Source of the DNA: Bacteroidota bacterium
GTDB lineage: Bacteria; Bacteroidota; Bacteroidia; Flavobacteriales; Flavobacteriaceae
Assembly (NCBI GenBank): GCA_040389425.1
Contig: JAZJZW010000002.1
Span: 22,976-86,975, forward strand
Direction of reading: 5' to 3'
Length of the DNA stretch: 64,000 bases
The position numbers were made by a program, and so were the translations under genes. Shown here piece after piece: positions 18,668-28,636 of the stretch. Position 1 is the stretch's first letter; each line of letters starts with the position of its first letter. The notes under the pieces were generated by a model. The model was not told where the DNA came from. It saw nothing but the letters and a program-made list of their open reading frames with translations, and ran no database searches.

Positions 18668-19379
18668 TAGTTGCTTTTTATTTTTGTTGCTGTTTTGCCA
18701 AATTGTCTTTTGTCAAAATAAGGATAGGAAAGAAATTCATGGGGTTATTCGTGTGGATTCTACTTCGGTTGAAGGGGTGAATATTATTAATGAAACTACT
18801 GAAAAATCCACTTCTACTGATAAAAACGGGAATTTTACTCTTTTGCTAAAAGAAGGGGATCTTCTGGTGTTTTCTGCAGTAAATCTCGTAACTTTACGTA
18901 AGAAGATAGTGCAATCTGATTTAGAAAAGCCCATTTTTATTGTTCAATTACAAATGGAAAGTATTCCGCTTAAAGAAGTAATTGTTAAAGAAGATTATAA
19001 AATTACAGCTGAAAATTTAGGAATTATTCCGCAGGGACAAAAAAAGTATACGGTTGCCGAAAGAAGATTGTATACCGCTAGATCGGGTTTGCTAGACAGG
19101 CCCTTAAACTGGATGTCAGGAAGAACAGCAATGTTGAAAAAAGAATTGGCTGTATCAGAGAAAGAGCAATTAATGGATAAATTAGAATATCTTTTTGAAG
19201 AGCAATATTATATAGAAACTTTGAAAATTAAAAAGGAGTATGTTAGAGATTTTCAATTGTATTGTGTTGAAAATAATGACTTTGTATTGTCTTTGAAAAC
19301 AAAAAATAAAACATTGTCAAAATTCTATATCATTTCATTAGCTAAAGATTATAATAAAATAACAGTGTATGAAAACTAA
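18654..19379 (+). CDS. Exported carboxypeptidase-regulatory-like domain protein, paralog 2
   Basis: TDKNGNF..GDLLVFS..LKEVIV; shares LGIIPxGQKKYT and SGRTAMLKKEL with paralog 1. Confidence 0.75.
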   Translation: MKKNNSCFLFLLLFCQIVFCQNKDRKEIHGVIRVDSTSVEGVNIINETTEKSTSTDKNGNFTLLLKEGDLLVFSAVNLVTLRKKIVQSDLEKPIFIVQLQMESIPLKEVIVKEDYKITAENLGIIPQGQKKYTVAERRLYTARSGLLDRPLNWMSGRTAMLKKELAVSEKEQLMDKLEYLFEEQYYIETLKIKKEYVRDFQLYCVENNDFVLSLKTKNKTLSKFYIISLAKDYNKITVYEN

Positions 19380-20121
19380 AGTAACAATTTTATTGCTTCT
19401 TCTTTTAGGTCAAGTTTCTTTTGGTCAATTTGGACCAAGAAAAAACTTAGAAGGACAGGTTAGAAATGATTTGGTTCCAGTGGAAAACGTAATTGTTTTT
19501 AATGTTAATTCAAATGCGGGAGCAGTGGTTGATAAATACGGTTCATTTTTAATTATGGCAAAAGTAAATGATACTTTGGTTTTTTCTAGTTTGGCATTCA
19601 AATCAAAAAAAATTGTACTAAGTGAAAAAGACTTCGCTGCTTCGAGATTAATTGTGAAATTAGATGTTTTTACAAATGAGTTAGCCGAGGTTTTGATTCG
19701 AGCTAAACAAGAATTAAATCCTATTACTGGGAGTTCTCAAAAGTATGTTGATATGAAATTCTTTGATGATGCTAAATCATCACCTAAAAATAGAACCATG
19801 CCGCCAATAGGTGGTATAGAAAATGGGATGGATTTTGTGAGGATTTACAAAGATGTTGTAGGTGTTTTAAGGAAAAAGAATCCGCAAAAAACCGATTTCT
19901 ATAAGGAAACGAGCTTCTCGGAATTTGCTTTTAATAAAGTGAATTATTCTTTCTTTTCGAATACTTTGCACCTAAAAGACGATGAGATTAAGTTGTTTTT
20001 AATTTATTGTGAAAACGATTCAAAATCAAGAGATTTGATGCAGCCTAACGAAGAATTCAAGCTGATGGATTTTTTTATAAATAAAAATAAAGAGTATAAA
20101 AAGATTACACAATACAAATAA
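19369..20121 (+). CDS. Exported carboxypeptidase-regulatory-like domain protein, paralog 3
   Basis: VDKYGSF..NDTLVFS..LAEVLI. Confidence 0.72.
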   Translation: MKTKVTILLLLLLGQVSFGQFGPRKNLEGQVRNDLVPVENVIVFNVNSNAGAVVDKYGSFLIMAKVNDTLVFSSLAFKSKKIVLSEKDFAASRLIVKLDVFTNELAEVLIRAKQELNPITGSSQKYVDMKFFDDAKSSPKNRTMPPIGGIENGMDFVRIYKDVVGVLRKKNPQKTDFYKETSFSEFAFNKVNYSFFSNTLHLKDDEIKLFLIYCENDSKSRDLMQPNEEFKLMDFFINKNKEYKKITQYK

Positions 20122-20236
20122 GTATTCTTAATGCTCTATTATTGAAATGCGTTGCTGATGATAAGTTGCTTTTTTATGAAAAAATTAAAAGTAGACTTTT
20201 TTTAATTTTGGTATATTTGCCTAAAAAATATAGAAT

Positions 20237-20563
20237 ATGTTTGGTATCGGAGGAGGAGAATTAGTTTTTATAATGTTTGTAGTGTTGCTGCTATTTGGTT
20301 CTGATAAGATTCCTGAGGTAGCTCGTACGATGGGGAAAGCTATGGCGCAATTAAAAAATGCGACAAATGATATAAAGAGCGAAATTCAAAAAGGAGCTGA
20401 AGAAAACGGTTTTGATACAAAATCATTGTCAGAAATGACAGGAGGAATCAATTCTCAAATCAATAAAGTCAAAGAAGATCTTATGGGAGATTCGCTTACT
20501 CAAGCTACTAAAATCAAAGAGGATATTGAAGATATTGCTGGTCCAGTAAAACGTAGTCGATAA
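20237..20563 (+). CDS. tatA: Twin-arginine translocase TatA/TatB family subunit
   Basis: MFGIGGGEL..LLLFGSDKIPEVARTMGK. Confidence 0.85.
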   Translation: MFGIGGGELVFIMFVVLLLFGSDKIPEVARTMGKAMAQLKNATNDIKSEIQKGAEENGFDTKSLSEMTGGINSQINKVKEDLMGDSLTQATKIKEDIEDIAGPVKRSR

Positions 20564-21126
20564 TGCTGGATAAACTACTTTCTTTAGATGTTCAGTTATT
20601 TGTTTATTTAAATGGACTAGGTTCAGAGTCTTATGATGGTTTGTGGCTTTTTATTACCAAACAAACTAATTGGATTCCACTTTTTTTGTTTTTGCTTTAC
20701 ATTATCTACAAGAAATTAGGTGCTAAGCAAACTTTGTATGTGCTATTGTCTATAGCAGTACTTATTTTAATTACTGATCAGTTTACAAACTTGGTAAAAA
20801 ATTCGGTTGAGAGATTACGCCCTTGTAATAATCCAGAAATAAATTCTTTTATAAGGATAGTTCAATCCAGATCATCGTTTAGTTTTTTCTCAGGTCATGC
20901 TTCGAATACTATGGCTTCAGCTATGTTTATTTATTTGCTTATCAAACCGTATTTTAAATATACTTTGCTATTGTTTTTATGGCCGTTAATTTTTGCTTAC
21001 AGTCGAATTTATTTAGGTTTGCATTATCCGTTAGATATATTATGTGGTTATCTTTTCGGGATGCTAACAGGATTATTTGTTTTTAGAGTCTATCAGTTTA
21101 CACAAATAAAATATTTTCCGCTTTAA
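20563..21126 (+). CDS. PAP2 family membrane phosphatase
   Basis: K..RLRP, SFFSGH, SRIYLGLHYP.D. Confidence 0.92.
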   Translation: MLDKLLSLDVQLFVYLNGLGSESYDGLWLFITKQTNWIPLFLFLLYIIYKKLGAKQTLYVLLSIAVLILITDQFTNLVKNSVERLRPCNNPEINSFIRIVQSRSSFSFFSGHASNTMASAMFIYLLIKPYFKYTLLLFLWPLIFAYSRIYLGLHYPLDILCGYLFGMLTGLFVFRVYQFTQIKYFPL

Positions 21127-21147
21127 TTTTTTAGCATTTTATCAAAT

Positions 21148-21193
21148 AAAAACCGCCTATTAGCAATTAGATAATTTGCAAATAGGCGGTTTC
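21148..21193. terminator. Bidirectional terminator
   Basis: aaaccgcctatt...aataggcggttt between convergent genes. Confidence 0.75.
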
Positions 21194-21209
21194 TTCTTTT
21201 TATAGATTT

Positions 21210-21851
21210 TTACAATATTCTGCTTACAGTCAGTCCGTCACGAATAGGAAGTAAAACGGTTTCTACTCTAGGATCGTCTTTTAATAATTGATTGTATTCC
21301 AGTAATATTTTTGTACTAATGTCTTTAGGATTTAATGGTTCTAAAACCTTTCCGCTCCAAAGTACATTGTCCGAAAGGATAATTCCTCCTTTGCTCATTC
21401 TTGGAACAATCAATTCAAAATAGTTTAAATAATTTTCTTTATCGGCATCAATAAAAACCAAATCAAATTTAACGTCAAGTGTAGGGATGATATCAACAGC
21501 TTCTCCAAGATGTTGTGTGATTTGGTTTCCCCAAGGTGATTTGTCAAAATGTTTTCTCTGGAAATCTACTAATTCTTCTTTGATGTCAATGGTGTGAAGC
21601 TTTCCATTTTCTTGCATTCCTTCGCACAAACACAAAGCCGAATAGCCAGTGTAAGTTCCAATTTCAAGAATGTTCACAGGACGAATTAATTTAGACAACA
21701 TACTTAAGACTCTACCTTGAAAATGCCCGCTCAACATTCGAGGCAATAAAATTTTTTGATAGGTTTCTTTATTTAAAGCCGCTAATAATTCGGGTTCTTT
21801 TTCAGAATGTTGTTCGATATAATCTTCTAATTCTTGGGAAATGAAATGCAT
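21210..21851 (-). CDS. O-methyltransferase (Methyltransf_3/YrrM-like)
   Basis: LEIGTYTGYS, FIDADKENY, DNVLWSG, IRDG. Confidence 0.92.
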   Translation of the reverse strand: MHFISQELEDYIEQHSEKEPELLAALNKETYQKILLPRMLSGHFQGRVLSMLSKLIRPVNILEIGTYTGYSALCLCEGMQENGKLHTIDIKEELVDFQRKHFDKSPWGNQITQHLGEAVDIIPTLDVKFDLVFIDADKENYLNYFELIVPRMSKGGIILSDNVLWSGKVLEPLNPKDISTKILLEYNQLLKDDPRVETVLLPIRDGLTVSRIL

Positions 21852-22117
21852 TATTTTAAACTTTTTATAGGGTCGTGAAGGGAGTTGAAAATTTTAATTA
21901 TTATAATTTGATTGTTTTTGAATTGGTATAAAATTTTGTAATTACCTTCAATTATTCTTCTACAATCTTTTCTGTATTCATCAATTTGAAATTGTTCGGG
22001 GAAAATAATTTGTTCTGGAGCTTTATAAATGGCGTCAAGTTTAGAATCTGAAATTATAGTGCTAAGTTTTTTCAAGTCGTTTAGTGCACTGAAAGACCAT
22101 TTAATTTCATATTTCAT
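21851..22117 (-). CDS. Type II toxin, RelE/ParE family
   Basis: 88 aa; YEIKWSFSALNDL..RRIIEGNYKILYQ..IIIIKIF pattern. Confidence 0.78.
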   Translation of the reverse strand: MKYEIKWSFSALNDLKKLSTIISDSKLDAIYKAPEQIIFPEQFQIDEYRKDCRRIIEGNYKILYQFKNNQIIIIKIFNSLHDPIKSLK

Positions 22118-22379
22118 TTCTCCAACTTTTGATTTCTTTTAAAAGTTGTTCATGAGAAATAGTTTTTCCATTTTTAAAATCGTCAATCCCTTTGTCGATT
22201 TCTTTGTTGTATTCTTTAAGGCTTAAAGGTTTTCCTGTAGTATTATAAGCTACAGTGGATTCGCTAACAGCATCTTCATTCAAATAATTATCAAATACTG
22301 AAGAAACGATCCGTAATAAACGTTCGTCAGCATTTTCTATTTGAAGATGGATTTTTTGTTTTAATTCTGGAAGTCCCAT
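22107..22379 (-). CDS. Putative antitoxin
   Basis: 90 aa, upstream of and overlapping the toxin; EIDKGIDDFKNGKTISHEQL..W tail typical of ParE-linked antitoxins. Confidence 0.72.
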   Translation of the reverse strand: MGLPELKQKIHLQIENADERLLRIVSSVFDNYLNEDAVSESTVAYNTTGKPLSLKEYNKEIDKGIDDFKNGKTISHEQLLKEIKSWRNEI

Positions 22380-22399
22380 AACCTATTGTTTTACAAAAA

Positions 22400-22467
22400 C
22401 AAAGTTACAAAATATAATTTTGAAGGGTAGAAAAATTCATTATAATTCAAAATTGTAATTAACTTTG
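22400..22467. promoter_or_regulatory. Divergent promoters for the TA operon and rlmN
   Basis: TAACTTTG on minus (22407-22400) and plus (22460-22467) strands. Confidence 0.6.
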
Positions 22468-22471
22468 CAGC

Positions 22472-23515
22472 ATGCAAATGGAGAAAAAAGACATAAGAGC
22501 CTTATCTAAAGAAGAATTACGCGATTTTTTTGTTGTAAATCGTGATAAAGCATTTCGAGGGAATCAAGTTTATGAATGGTTGTGGAGTAAAGGCGCACAC
22601 AGTTTTGAGGATATGACAAATATTTCTAAAGAAACTCGTGCTATGCTCGAAGCGAATTTTGTAATTAATCATATCAAAGTAGATACAATGCAACGTTCAG
22701 AAGACGGAACAGTAAAAAATGCCGTTCGTTTGCATGATGGTTTGGTGGTAGAATCAGTTTTGATTCCTACTGAAACGCGTACCACAGCTTGTGTTTCTAG
22801 TCAGGTGGGTTGTAGTTTAGATTGTAATTTTTGCGCCACCGCGCGATTAAAAAGAATGCGAAATTTAGAACCTGCCGAGATTTACGATCAGGTTATTGCT
22901 ATTGATAGAGAAAGTCGTTTGTATTACAATCATCCGTTGTCAAATATTGTTTTCATGGGAATGGGCGAGCCATTGATGAATTATAATAATGTCATTAAGG
23001 CAATTACGATGATTACTTCCGAAGAAGGTTTGGGGATGTCTCCAAAGCGTATTATGGTTTCGACTTCGGGTATTCCAAAAATAATTAAGAAAATGGCGGA
23101 TGATGAGGTGAAATTTAAATTAGCGGTTTCTTTGCATTCGGCAATCGATGAAATTAGAGCTCGAATCATGCCTTTTAGTAAAAATTTCCCTTTGGCTGAT
23201 TTGCGTGAAGCATTAGAATATTGGTATCGAAAAACAAAATCTAAGGTTTCTTACGAATATGTGGTTTGGAAAGGAATTAATGATAACAAAGCTTCGATAG
23301 ATGCTTTAGTTAAATTTTGCAAATATGTGCCTTGTAAGGTCAACCTGATTGAATACAATCCAATTGATGATGGCGAATTTCAACAAGCTTCAGAGGAATC
23401 GATAAATGCTTATATAAAAGCGCTTGAAGCTACTGGAATAGTGGTGAAAGTAAGAAGAAGTAGAGGAAAAGATATTGATGCCGCTTGTGGGCAATTGGCA
23501 AATAAAGAAGCATAA
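22472..23515 (+). CDS. rlmN: 23S rRNA m2A2503 methyltransferase
   Basis: CVSSQVGCSLDCNFC, MGMGEP, DIDAACGQL. Confidence 0.97.
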   Translation: MQMEKKDIRALSKEELRDFFVVNRDKAFRGNQVYEWLWSKGAHSFEDMTNISKETRAMLEANFVINHIKVDTMQRSEDGTVKNAVRLHDGLVVESVLIPTETRTTACVSSQVGCSLDCNFCATARLKRMRNLEPAEIYDQVIAIDRESRLYYNHPLSNIVFMGMGEPLMNYNNVIKAITMITSEEGLGMSPKRIMVSTSGIPKIIKKMADDEVKFKLAVSLHSAIDEIRARIMPFSKNFPLADLREALEYWYRKTKSKVSYEYVVWKGINDNKASIDALVKFCKYVPCKVNLIEYNPIDDGEFQQASEESINAYIKALEATGIVVKVRRSRGKDIDAACGQLANKEA

Positions 23516-23545
23516 AAAAAGGAGTTCAAATTAGAACTCCTTTTT
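23514..23545. terminator. Bidirectional terminator
   Basis: aaaaaggagttc-aaatta-gaactccttttt. Confidence 0.75.
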
Positions 23546-23578
23546 AGTTTTAGATCTCTTTTTAGAGATTAAATTCGT

Positions 23579-24451
23579 TTAATTCCCTAGAGTGATTTGA
23601 GTTGCTGTACCACCATCTATAGATTTCATAGCTAGATTGTCACAATCTCCATTTCCATAGTCAATTGTGGCATAATGAGTATTTTTTGTAAGTTTTAATA
23701 TTCCTGATACAGGAAAAGGCATTGGTGGTTGTAAAAAACTACAAGCTGTTTTGTTGATTAACGGAGTGGTTGATTCGATTAAAGATGTGAATACTGATCC
23801 GCTTGGGTGTGTAGTTGTAAATGTTCCATAAGTTGAATAAATATCATCGGTTGGGCTCAAACGAGTTGAAAAACCAGCAGTCATTTCTCTTATTCTTTCT
23901 CCATTACGGGTGTAAACTCCAGCGGATGTAGTTAATGTCATGTTGGTCATTGTAAATGTGGTTTTAGGATGAATAGTATCCCCTGTTCCAATCATTTCTC
24001 TTTTCCAAGTAGAGGTTCCTTCTAGTTTATTGCCATTTATGACTAGATTATTGTAAGTAACAGTCATAATCTTAGGGAATGTTGTTCCTCTGGTGCGAGT
24101 TAGAATTATTTTTCCACTTATTGTATGGCCTCTAAAGGTACAAGGTACATCAGCAGTTCCAAAAGTAATTGTTAGAACTCTGACATCAGTAGTTGATCCT
24201 AAATCGCTAACTGTCGCACAAGTTGGTAAAATGGAATGATAGCCACTTACATCAATTTTTCCGGTTGTAGATCCTTCACTTACTTCATATTGATCATCGG
24301 CAATAAGAGAGACATCATCGATGGAATTATCCATTTTTTGATTAGCGCTTACTTCGTCAGCAGTAACCGTTGATGAAGTAGAGTCAGTTGTACAACTTGT
24401 AAATGCACTAAAGCTCAAGACCAGTCCAAATAATAAAATTTTTGTTTTCAT
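23579..24451 (-). CDS. Hypothetical Thr-rich lipoprotein
   Basis: Lipobox FTSC; C-terminal IDYGNGDCDN. Confidence 0.75.
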   Translation of the reverse strand: MKTKILLFGLVLSFSAFTSCTTDSTSSTVTADEVSANQKMDNSIDDVSLIADDQYEVSEGSTTGKIDVSGYHSILPTCATVSDLGSTTDVRVLTITFGTADVPCTFRGHTISGKIILTRTRGTTFPKIMTVTYNNLVINGNKLEGTSTWKREMIGTGDTIHPKTTFTMTNMTLTTSAGVYTRNGERIREMTAGFSTRLSPTDDIYSTYGTFTTTHPSGSVFTSLIESTTPLINKTACSFLQPPMPFPVSGILKLTKNTHYATIDYGNGDCDNLAMKSIDGGTATQITLGN

Positions 24452-24774
24452 GATAAATAGGTTTTTTGGTTTTTCTTTTGATAGATAAATTGTTTAAAGG
24501 TTTAATTTTGGGGTAATTAAGAGTTAAATGTATGAAAAAAATGAATCCAAAGTATCGGTGTTAGTTGTTTTTGTTGTTTCGTAGGGATCAGTTTATAATA
24601 ATTGAAAAGGCTGGTTTGTGAAATGAATTTTCAGATTTTCCATATAGGGGTACTTTATTTTTGATAAAAAAGAATAGGATTTCTAAAAGTGTACTATGGA
24701 AATTTCACATAAAAAAAAGATACTGATATAAAATAGCTGTCTTTTTTTATATAAAATACTATCTTTGAAAACTA

Positions 24775-25752
24775 ATGAATGTTACTTCTCAAATAAAACA
24801 GCCCATATTTAAGGAAATGGAACTTTTTGAAAAAAAGTTCTACGAGTCGATGTCTTCTCAAGTGGCGCTGTTAAACAGAATTACTTATTATATCGTTAAT
24901 AGAAAAGGGAAACAAATGCGTCCAATGTTTGTTTTTCTTACCGCAAAGATGATTTCTGGTGGTTCTGTGAACGAAAGAACTTATCGCGGTGCTTCGGTTA
25001 TCGAGTTAATTCATACTGCAACTTTGGTGCATGATGATGTGGTGGATGATAGTAACAGACGTCGCGGATTTTTCTCCATTAATGCACTTTGGAAAAATAA
25101 AATTGCAGTTCTTGTTGGCGATTATTTATTGTCTAAAGGATTGTTGCTTTCAATAGATAATGGCGATTTTGATTTACTTCAAATTATTTCTGTAGCTGTA
25201 CGCGAAATGAGCGAAGGTGAATTACTTCAAATTGAAAAAGCCCGAAGATTAGATATTACAGAAGGCATTTACTACGAGATTATTCGAAAAAAGACAGCAA
25301 CACTTATTGCTGCTTGTTGTGCTCTTGGAGCAAAATCAGTTTCTGATAATGTGGTTCAAGTGGAAAACATGCGAAAGTTTGGTGAACTCATAGGAATGGC
25401 TTTTCAAATTAAAGATGATTTATTTGATTATAGCGAGGAAGCTATTGGGAAACCAACAGGAATCGATATTAAAGAACAAAAAATGACTTTGCCTTTAATT
25501 CATGTTTTGAATATTTGTTCCAAAAAAGAAAAGGCCTGGTTAATCAATTCGATTAAAAATCACAACAAAAACAAGAAAAGAGTCAAAGAAGTGATTGCTT
25601 TTGTGAAAGATAATAACGGCTTGACTTATGCCGAAAATAAAATGGTCGAATTCCAGCAAGAAGCACTTCAGTTATTAGAGAATTACCCTAATTCAGAATT
25701 TAAAGATGCTTTGATTCTTATGGTAAATTACGTTATCGAAAGGAAGAAATAA
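24775..25752 (+). CDS. Polyprenyl diphosphate synthase (IspB-like)
   Basis: GKQMRP, HDDVVD..RRG, FQIKDDLFD. Confidence 0.93.
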   Translation: MNVTSQIKQPIFKEMELFEKKFYESMSSQVALLNRITYYIVNRKGKQMRPMFVFLTAKMISGGSVNERTYRGASVIELIHTATLVHDDVVDDSNRRRGFFSINALWKNKIAVLVGDYLLSKGLLLSIDNGDFDLLQIISVAVREMSEGELLQIEKARRLDITEGIYYEIIRKKTATLIAACCALGAKSVSDNVVQVENMRKFGELIGMAFQIKDDLFDYSEEAIGKPTGIDIKEQKMTLPLIHVLNICSKKEKAWLINSIKNHNKNKKRVKEVIAFVKDNNGLTYAENKMVEFQQEALQLLENYPNSEFKDALILMVNYVIERKK

Positions 25753-25759
25753 GAATACC

Positions 25760-25817
25760 AGCAATGGCAAAAAATCAATAATAATAACAATATTGGTATT
25801 GACATTGCAATTGATTT
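25760..25817. repeat. Inverted hexamer-period array (CAAT / ATTG)
   Basis: gcaatggcaa..tcaataataataacaata / ttggtattgacattgcaattgatt. Confidence 0.5.
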
Positions 25818-25854
25818 ACTTTGTACTTTTAAAAATTCCCAATAAAAATATATT

Positions 25855-27909
25855 TTGATTTCAAAAGCCACTATAGATATTGTTTTCGAAACTGCTCGTG
25901 TTGAGGAGGTTATTGGCGATTTTGTACAGTTAAAACGCGCCGGAACTAACTTTAAAGGTTTGAGTCCGTTTTCTGATGAGCGTTCGCCATCATTTATGGT
26001 TTCGCCAGTAAAGCAAATTTGGAAAGATTTTAGTACTGGAAAAGGAGGGAATTCGGTTAAGTTTTTAATGGAACATTCTCATTTTACATATCCCGAAGCC
26101 ATTCGTTACTTAGCTAAAAAATACAATATTGAAATTGAAGAAACCGAGCAAACTGATGCTGAAAAAGCAAATACTGATGCTCGCGAGAGTATGTATTTAG
26201 TTTCTGAATTTGCAAAAGATTATTTTCATAAAACACTTTTGAATACTGAAGAAGGAAAAGCAATTGGGCTTTCTTATTTCAAAGAAAGAGGATTTACAAA
26301 TGATACTATCAAGAAATTTAGTTTAGGATATTCGCCTGAAACCTGGGATGCTTTTACCAAAGAAGCGCTTGGGAAAGGGTATAAACTTGAATTTCTTGAA
26401 AGCACCGGTTTGACTATTCCTAGAGAAGACAGACCTTTTGATAGGTTTAAAAGTCGTGTGATGTTTCCTATTCAGAGTATGTCTGGGAGGATTTTGGGTT
26501 TTGGAGGTCGGATTTTAACCAATGATAAAAAAGCGGCTAAATACCTGAATTCACCAGAAAGTGATATTTACCATAAGAGTAAGGTTTTATACGGAATTTT
26601 TCAAGCCAAACAAGCTATCGCTAAGTTGAATAATTGTTTTTTGGTGGAAGGTTATACTGATGTGATTCAGTTTAATCAATCGGGAATTGAGAATGTGGTG
26701 GCTTCTTCGGGAACTGCTTTGACTCCTGATCAAATTCGATTAGTAAACAGATTGACTAGAAATATTACCGTTCTTTTTGATGGTGATGCGGCGGGACTTC
26801 GTGCTTCTATTCGAGGAATCGATTTGATTCTGGAAGAAGGAATGAACGTTAAAGTTTGTACTTTTCCTGATGGAGAAGATCCAGATAGTTTTGCTAAAAA
26901 AACATCTCATGATGATTTAGTTGCTTATTTGGAGCATAATGCCAAAGATTTTATCCAGTTTAAGGCTTCGCTTTTAATGGATGAAGCAAAGAATGATCCA
27001 ATTAAAAAAGCCGATTTGATAAGGGATATGGTAGGAAGTATTTCTAAAATACCAGACCGTATTCAGCGTGAAATCTATATCCAGGAATGTTCTCGTATTA
27101 TGGACATTTCGGAGCAGGTGTTGGTGAGTACGTTGGCTCAGTTGATTCAAAAAGATGTTGCTGAAGGTGCTAAAAAGCAAAAACAGGAACAAAAACCTTT
27201 TGAAGTTTATAGAACCCAAAACCCAAAAAATATTGGGTATTCAGGTGGAGATCCAGAAGATCCCAGATTTGGGCCGCCAGAGGATTATCCAGGAGAACAG
27301 GGATATTCAAATGAGCCGACAGAAAAAGTAGATGTTTTGTATCGTTTAGAGCGTAAAATAATTGAGATTTTACTTTTGTATGGTAATAAAACGGAAGAAT
27401 TTGAAGATGTTTTGATGAAAGCCAATGAAGATGGCGAAATCGTCAATGTTTCTGAAATGAAATCCTATAAGGTTTTTCAAAGGGTTTATTTGAGTTTACA
27501 AGAAGATGAAGTAGAGTTGGCAAATCCGTTATTTCGTGGGATTTTTAATGATTTGATTAATTATTATCTTCAAAATGATAAGTTTAGTTTAGAGCAATAT
27601 TTAATGCACTTGGAGCCTGATTATGCTCAAGAAGTCACGGATATTTTGATGGAAGATGAGCAATTAGTATTGCACGACTGGGAAGGGCAAAATATTTTTC
27701 CAAAATCAAAGCAAGATACGATAAGCCAAAATGTTTCTGAAACCATTCTTACTTTAAGATGGTATTTAGTAGGGCGAATTATCGATGAATTAAAAAACTC
27801 CATATCAGCTGAAACAGATAATATGGAGTCTTTGATGATGATAAGAGATTATAATGAATTAACTCGTGCCTTTTCGAAAAAATTAGGTAGAGTCATGTCT
27901 CGTTTTTAG
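25855..27909 (+). CDS. dnaG: DNA primase
   Basis: FRSR-like FKSRVMFPI, GFGGR, KYLNSPES, VEGYTD, FDGDAAG; TTG start. Confidence 0.96.
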   Translation: MISKATIDIVFETARVEEVIGDFVQLKRAGTNFKGLSPFSDERSPSFMVSPVKQIWKDFSTGKGGNSVKFLMEHSHFTYPEAIRYLAKKYNIEIEETEQTDAEKANTDARESMYLVSEFAKDYFHKTLLNTEEGKAIGLSYFKERGFTNDTIKKFSLGYSPETWDAFTKEALGKGYKLEFLESTGLTIPREDRPFDRFKSRVMFPIQSMSGRILGFGGRILTNDKKAAKYLNSPESDIYHKSKVLYGIFQAKQAIAKLNNCFLVEGYTDVIQFNQSGIENVVASSGTALTPDQIRLVNRLTRNITVLFDGDAAGLRASIRGIDLILEEGMNVKVCTFPDGEDPDSFAKKTSHDDLVAYLEHNAKDFIQFKASLLMDEAKNDPIKKADLIRDMVGSISKIPDRIQREIYIQECSRIMDISEQVLVSTLAQLIQKDVAEGAKKQKQEQKPFEVYRTQNPKNIGYSGGDPEDPRFGPPEDYPGEQGYSNEPTEKVDVLYRLERKIIEILLLYGNKTEEFEDVLMKANEDGEIVNVSEMKSYKVFQRVYLSLQEDEVELANPLFRGIFNDLINYYLQNDKFSLEQYLMHLEPDYAQEVTDILMEDEQLVLHDWEGQNIFPKSKQDTISQNVSETILTLRWYLVGRIIDELKNSISAETDNMESLMMIRDYNELTRAFSKKLGRVMSRF

Positions 27910-27910
27910 A

Positions 27911-28540
27911 TTAAACGATCTCTAAACTTTTAGCTTTATTAACTAAGTCAACTAAGTTTGTAACATTTAGTTTCGTTAATAAACGCAATTTGTACGTACT
28001 AATTGTTTTTTCGTTAAGACCTAAGATTTCAGCAATCTCATGGTTTTTCTTTCCACCACTTAAATAACGTAAAACTTCTACCTCACGGTTAGATAATTTA
28101 CGATATAAACGTTCGCTTTTACTTTGTTTTGCAATTAAAGCTAGGTTTTTCTTAACCGTTTCATTCATGATAATTTTACCTTGATGAACTTTGATGATAG
28201 ATTGTCCTAGAGTCTCTAATTTTTCTTTTTTGTGAACATATCCAGCAACTCCAGCCTTGATAGCGTTAGGAGCATAGATTTGCTCAGAAAGTCCGCTAAA
28301 AATAATAATTTTAGTTTTAGGGAAGCTTTTCAAAAGCGCTTTTACTTCAAATATACTCGAAAGACCTTCAAGTTCTAAGTCCAAGACTAGAACATCAATT
28401 TCTTTAGTTTGAAGTATATCTCGGATCATCAAAAAACTACCAACATTGGCAGTAATTGATATGTCTGAATGGTCTTTGAAGTACGATTTTACTCCAAAAT
28501 GTACCACCGGAAAATTATCGGCTAGACAAACTTTAATCAT
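27911..28540 (-). CDS. NarL/LuxR family response regulator
   Basis: Receiver domain (VLVLD) plus LSNREVEVL..NHEIAEILGLNEKTISTY HTH. Confidence 0.9.
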   Translation of the reverse strand: MIKVCLADNFPVVHFGVKSYFKDHSDISITANVGSFLMIRDILQTKEIDVLVLDLELEGLSSIFEVKALLKSFPKTKIIIFSGLSEQIYAPNAIKAGVAGYVHKKEKLETLGQSIIKVHQGKIIMNETVKKNLALIAKQSKSERLYRKLSNREVEVLRYLSGGKKNHEIAEILGLNEKTISTYKLRLLTKLNVTNLVDLVNKAKSLEIV

Positions 28541-28636
28541 GATTTTTGTTTTTTTTAGGGGTTATTCTGTGTCAATTGTGTATATAAATATAGCTATAAA
28601 AAAGGAATATTACTACTTTTTATAGATAAAATAGTA

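Noticed and set aside
24617-24709. Interrupted inverted repeat tgtgaaat..tttccata / tatggaaatttcaca
   Set aside because: Needs a large bulge in AT-rich DNA; too weak to call a structured RNA.
27200-27325. Pro/Gly/acidic insert in DnaG, and primase N-terminus without the usual Cys zinc ligands
   Set aside because: Looks like a variable linker, with no intein motifs; as I recall, flavobacterial DnaG commonly has the GLSPF variant.
27900-27920. dnaG and response regulator stop codons 1 bp apart with no terminator
   Set aside because: Tight convergent packing is common and implies nothing specific by itself.
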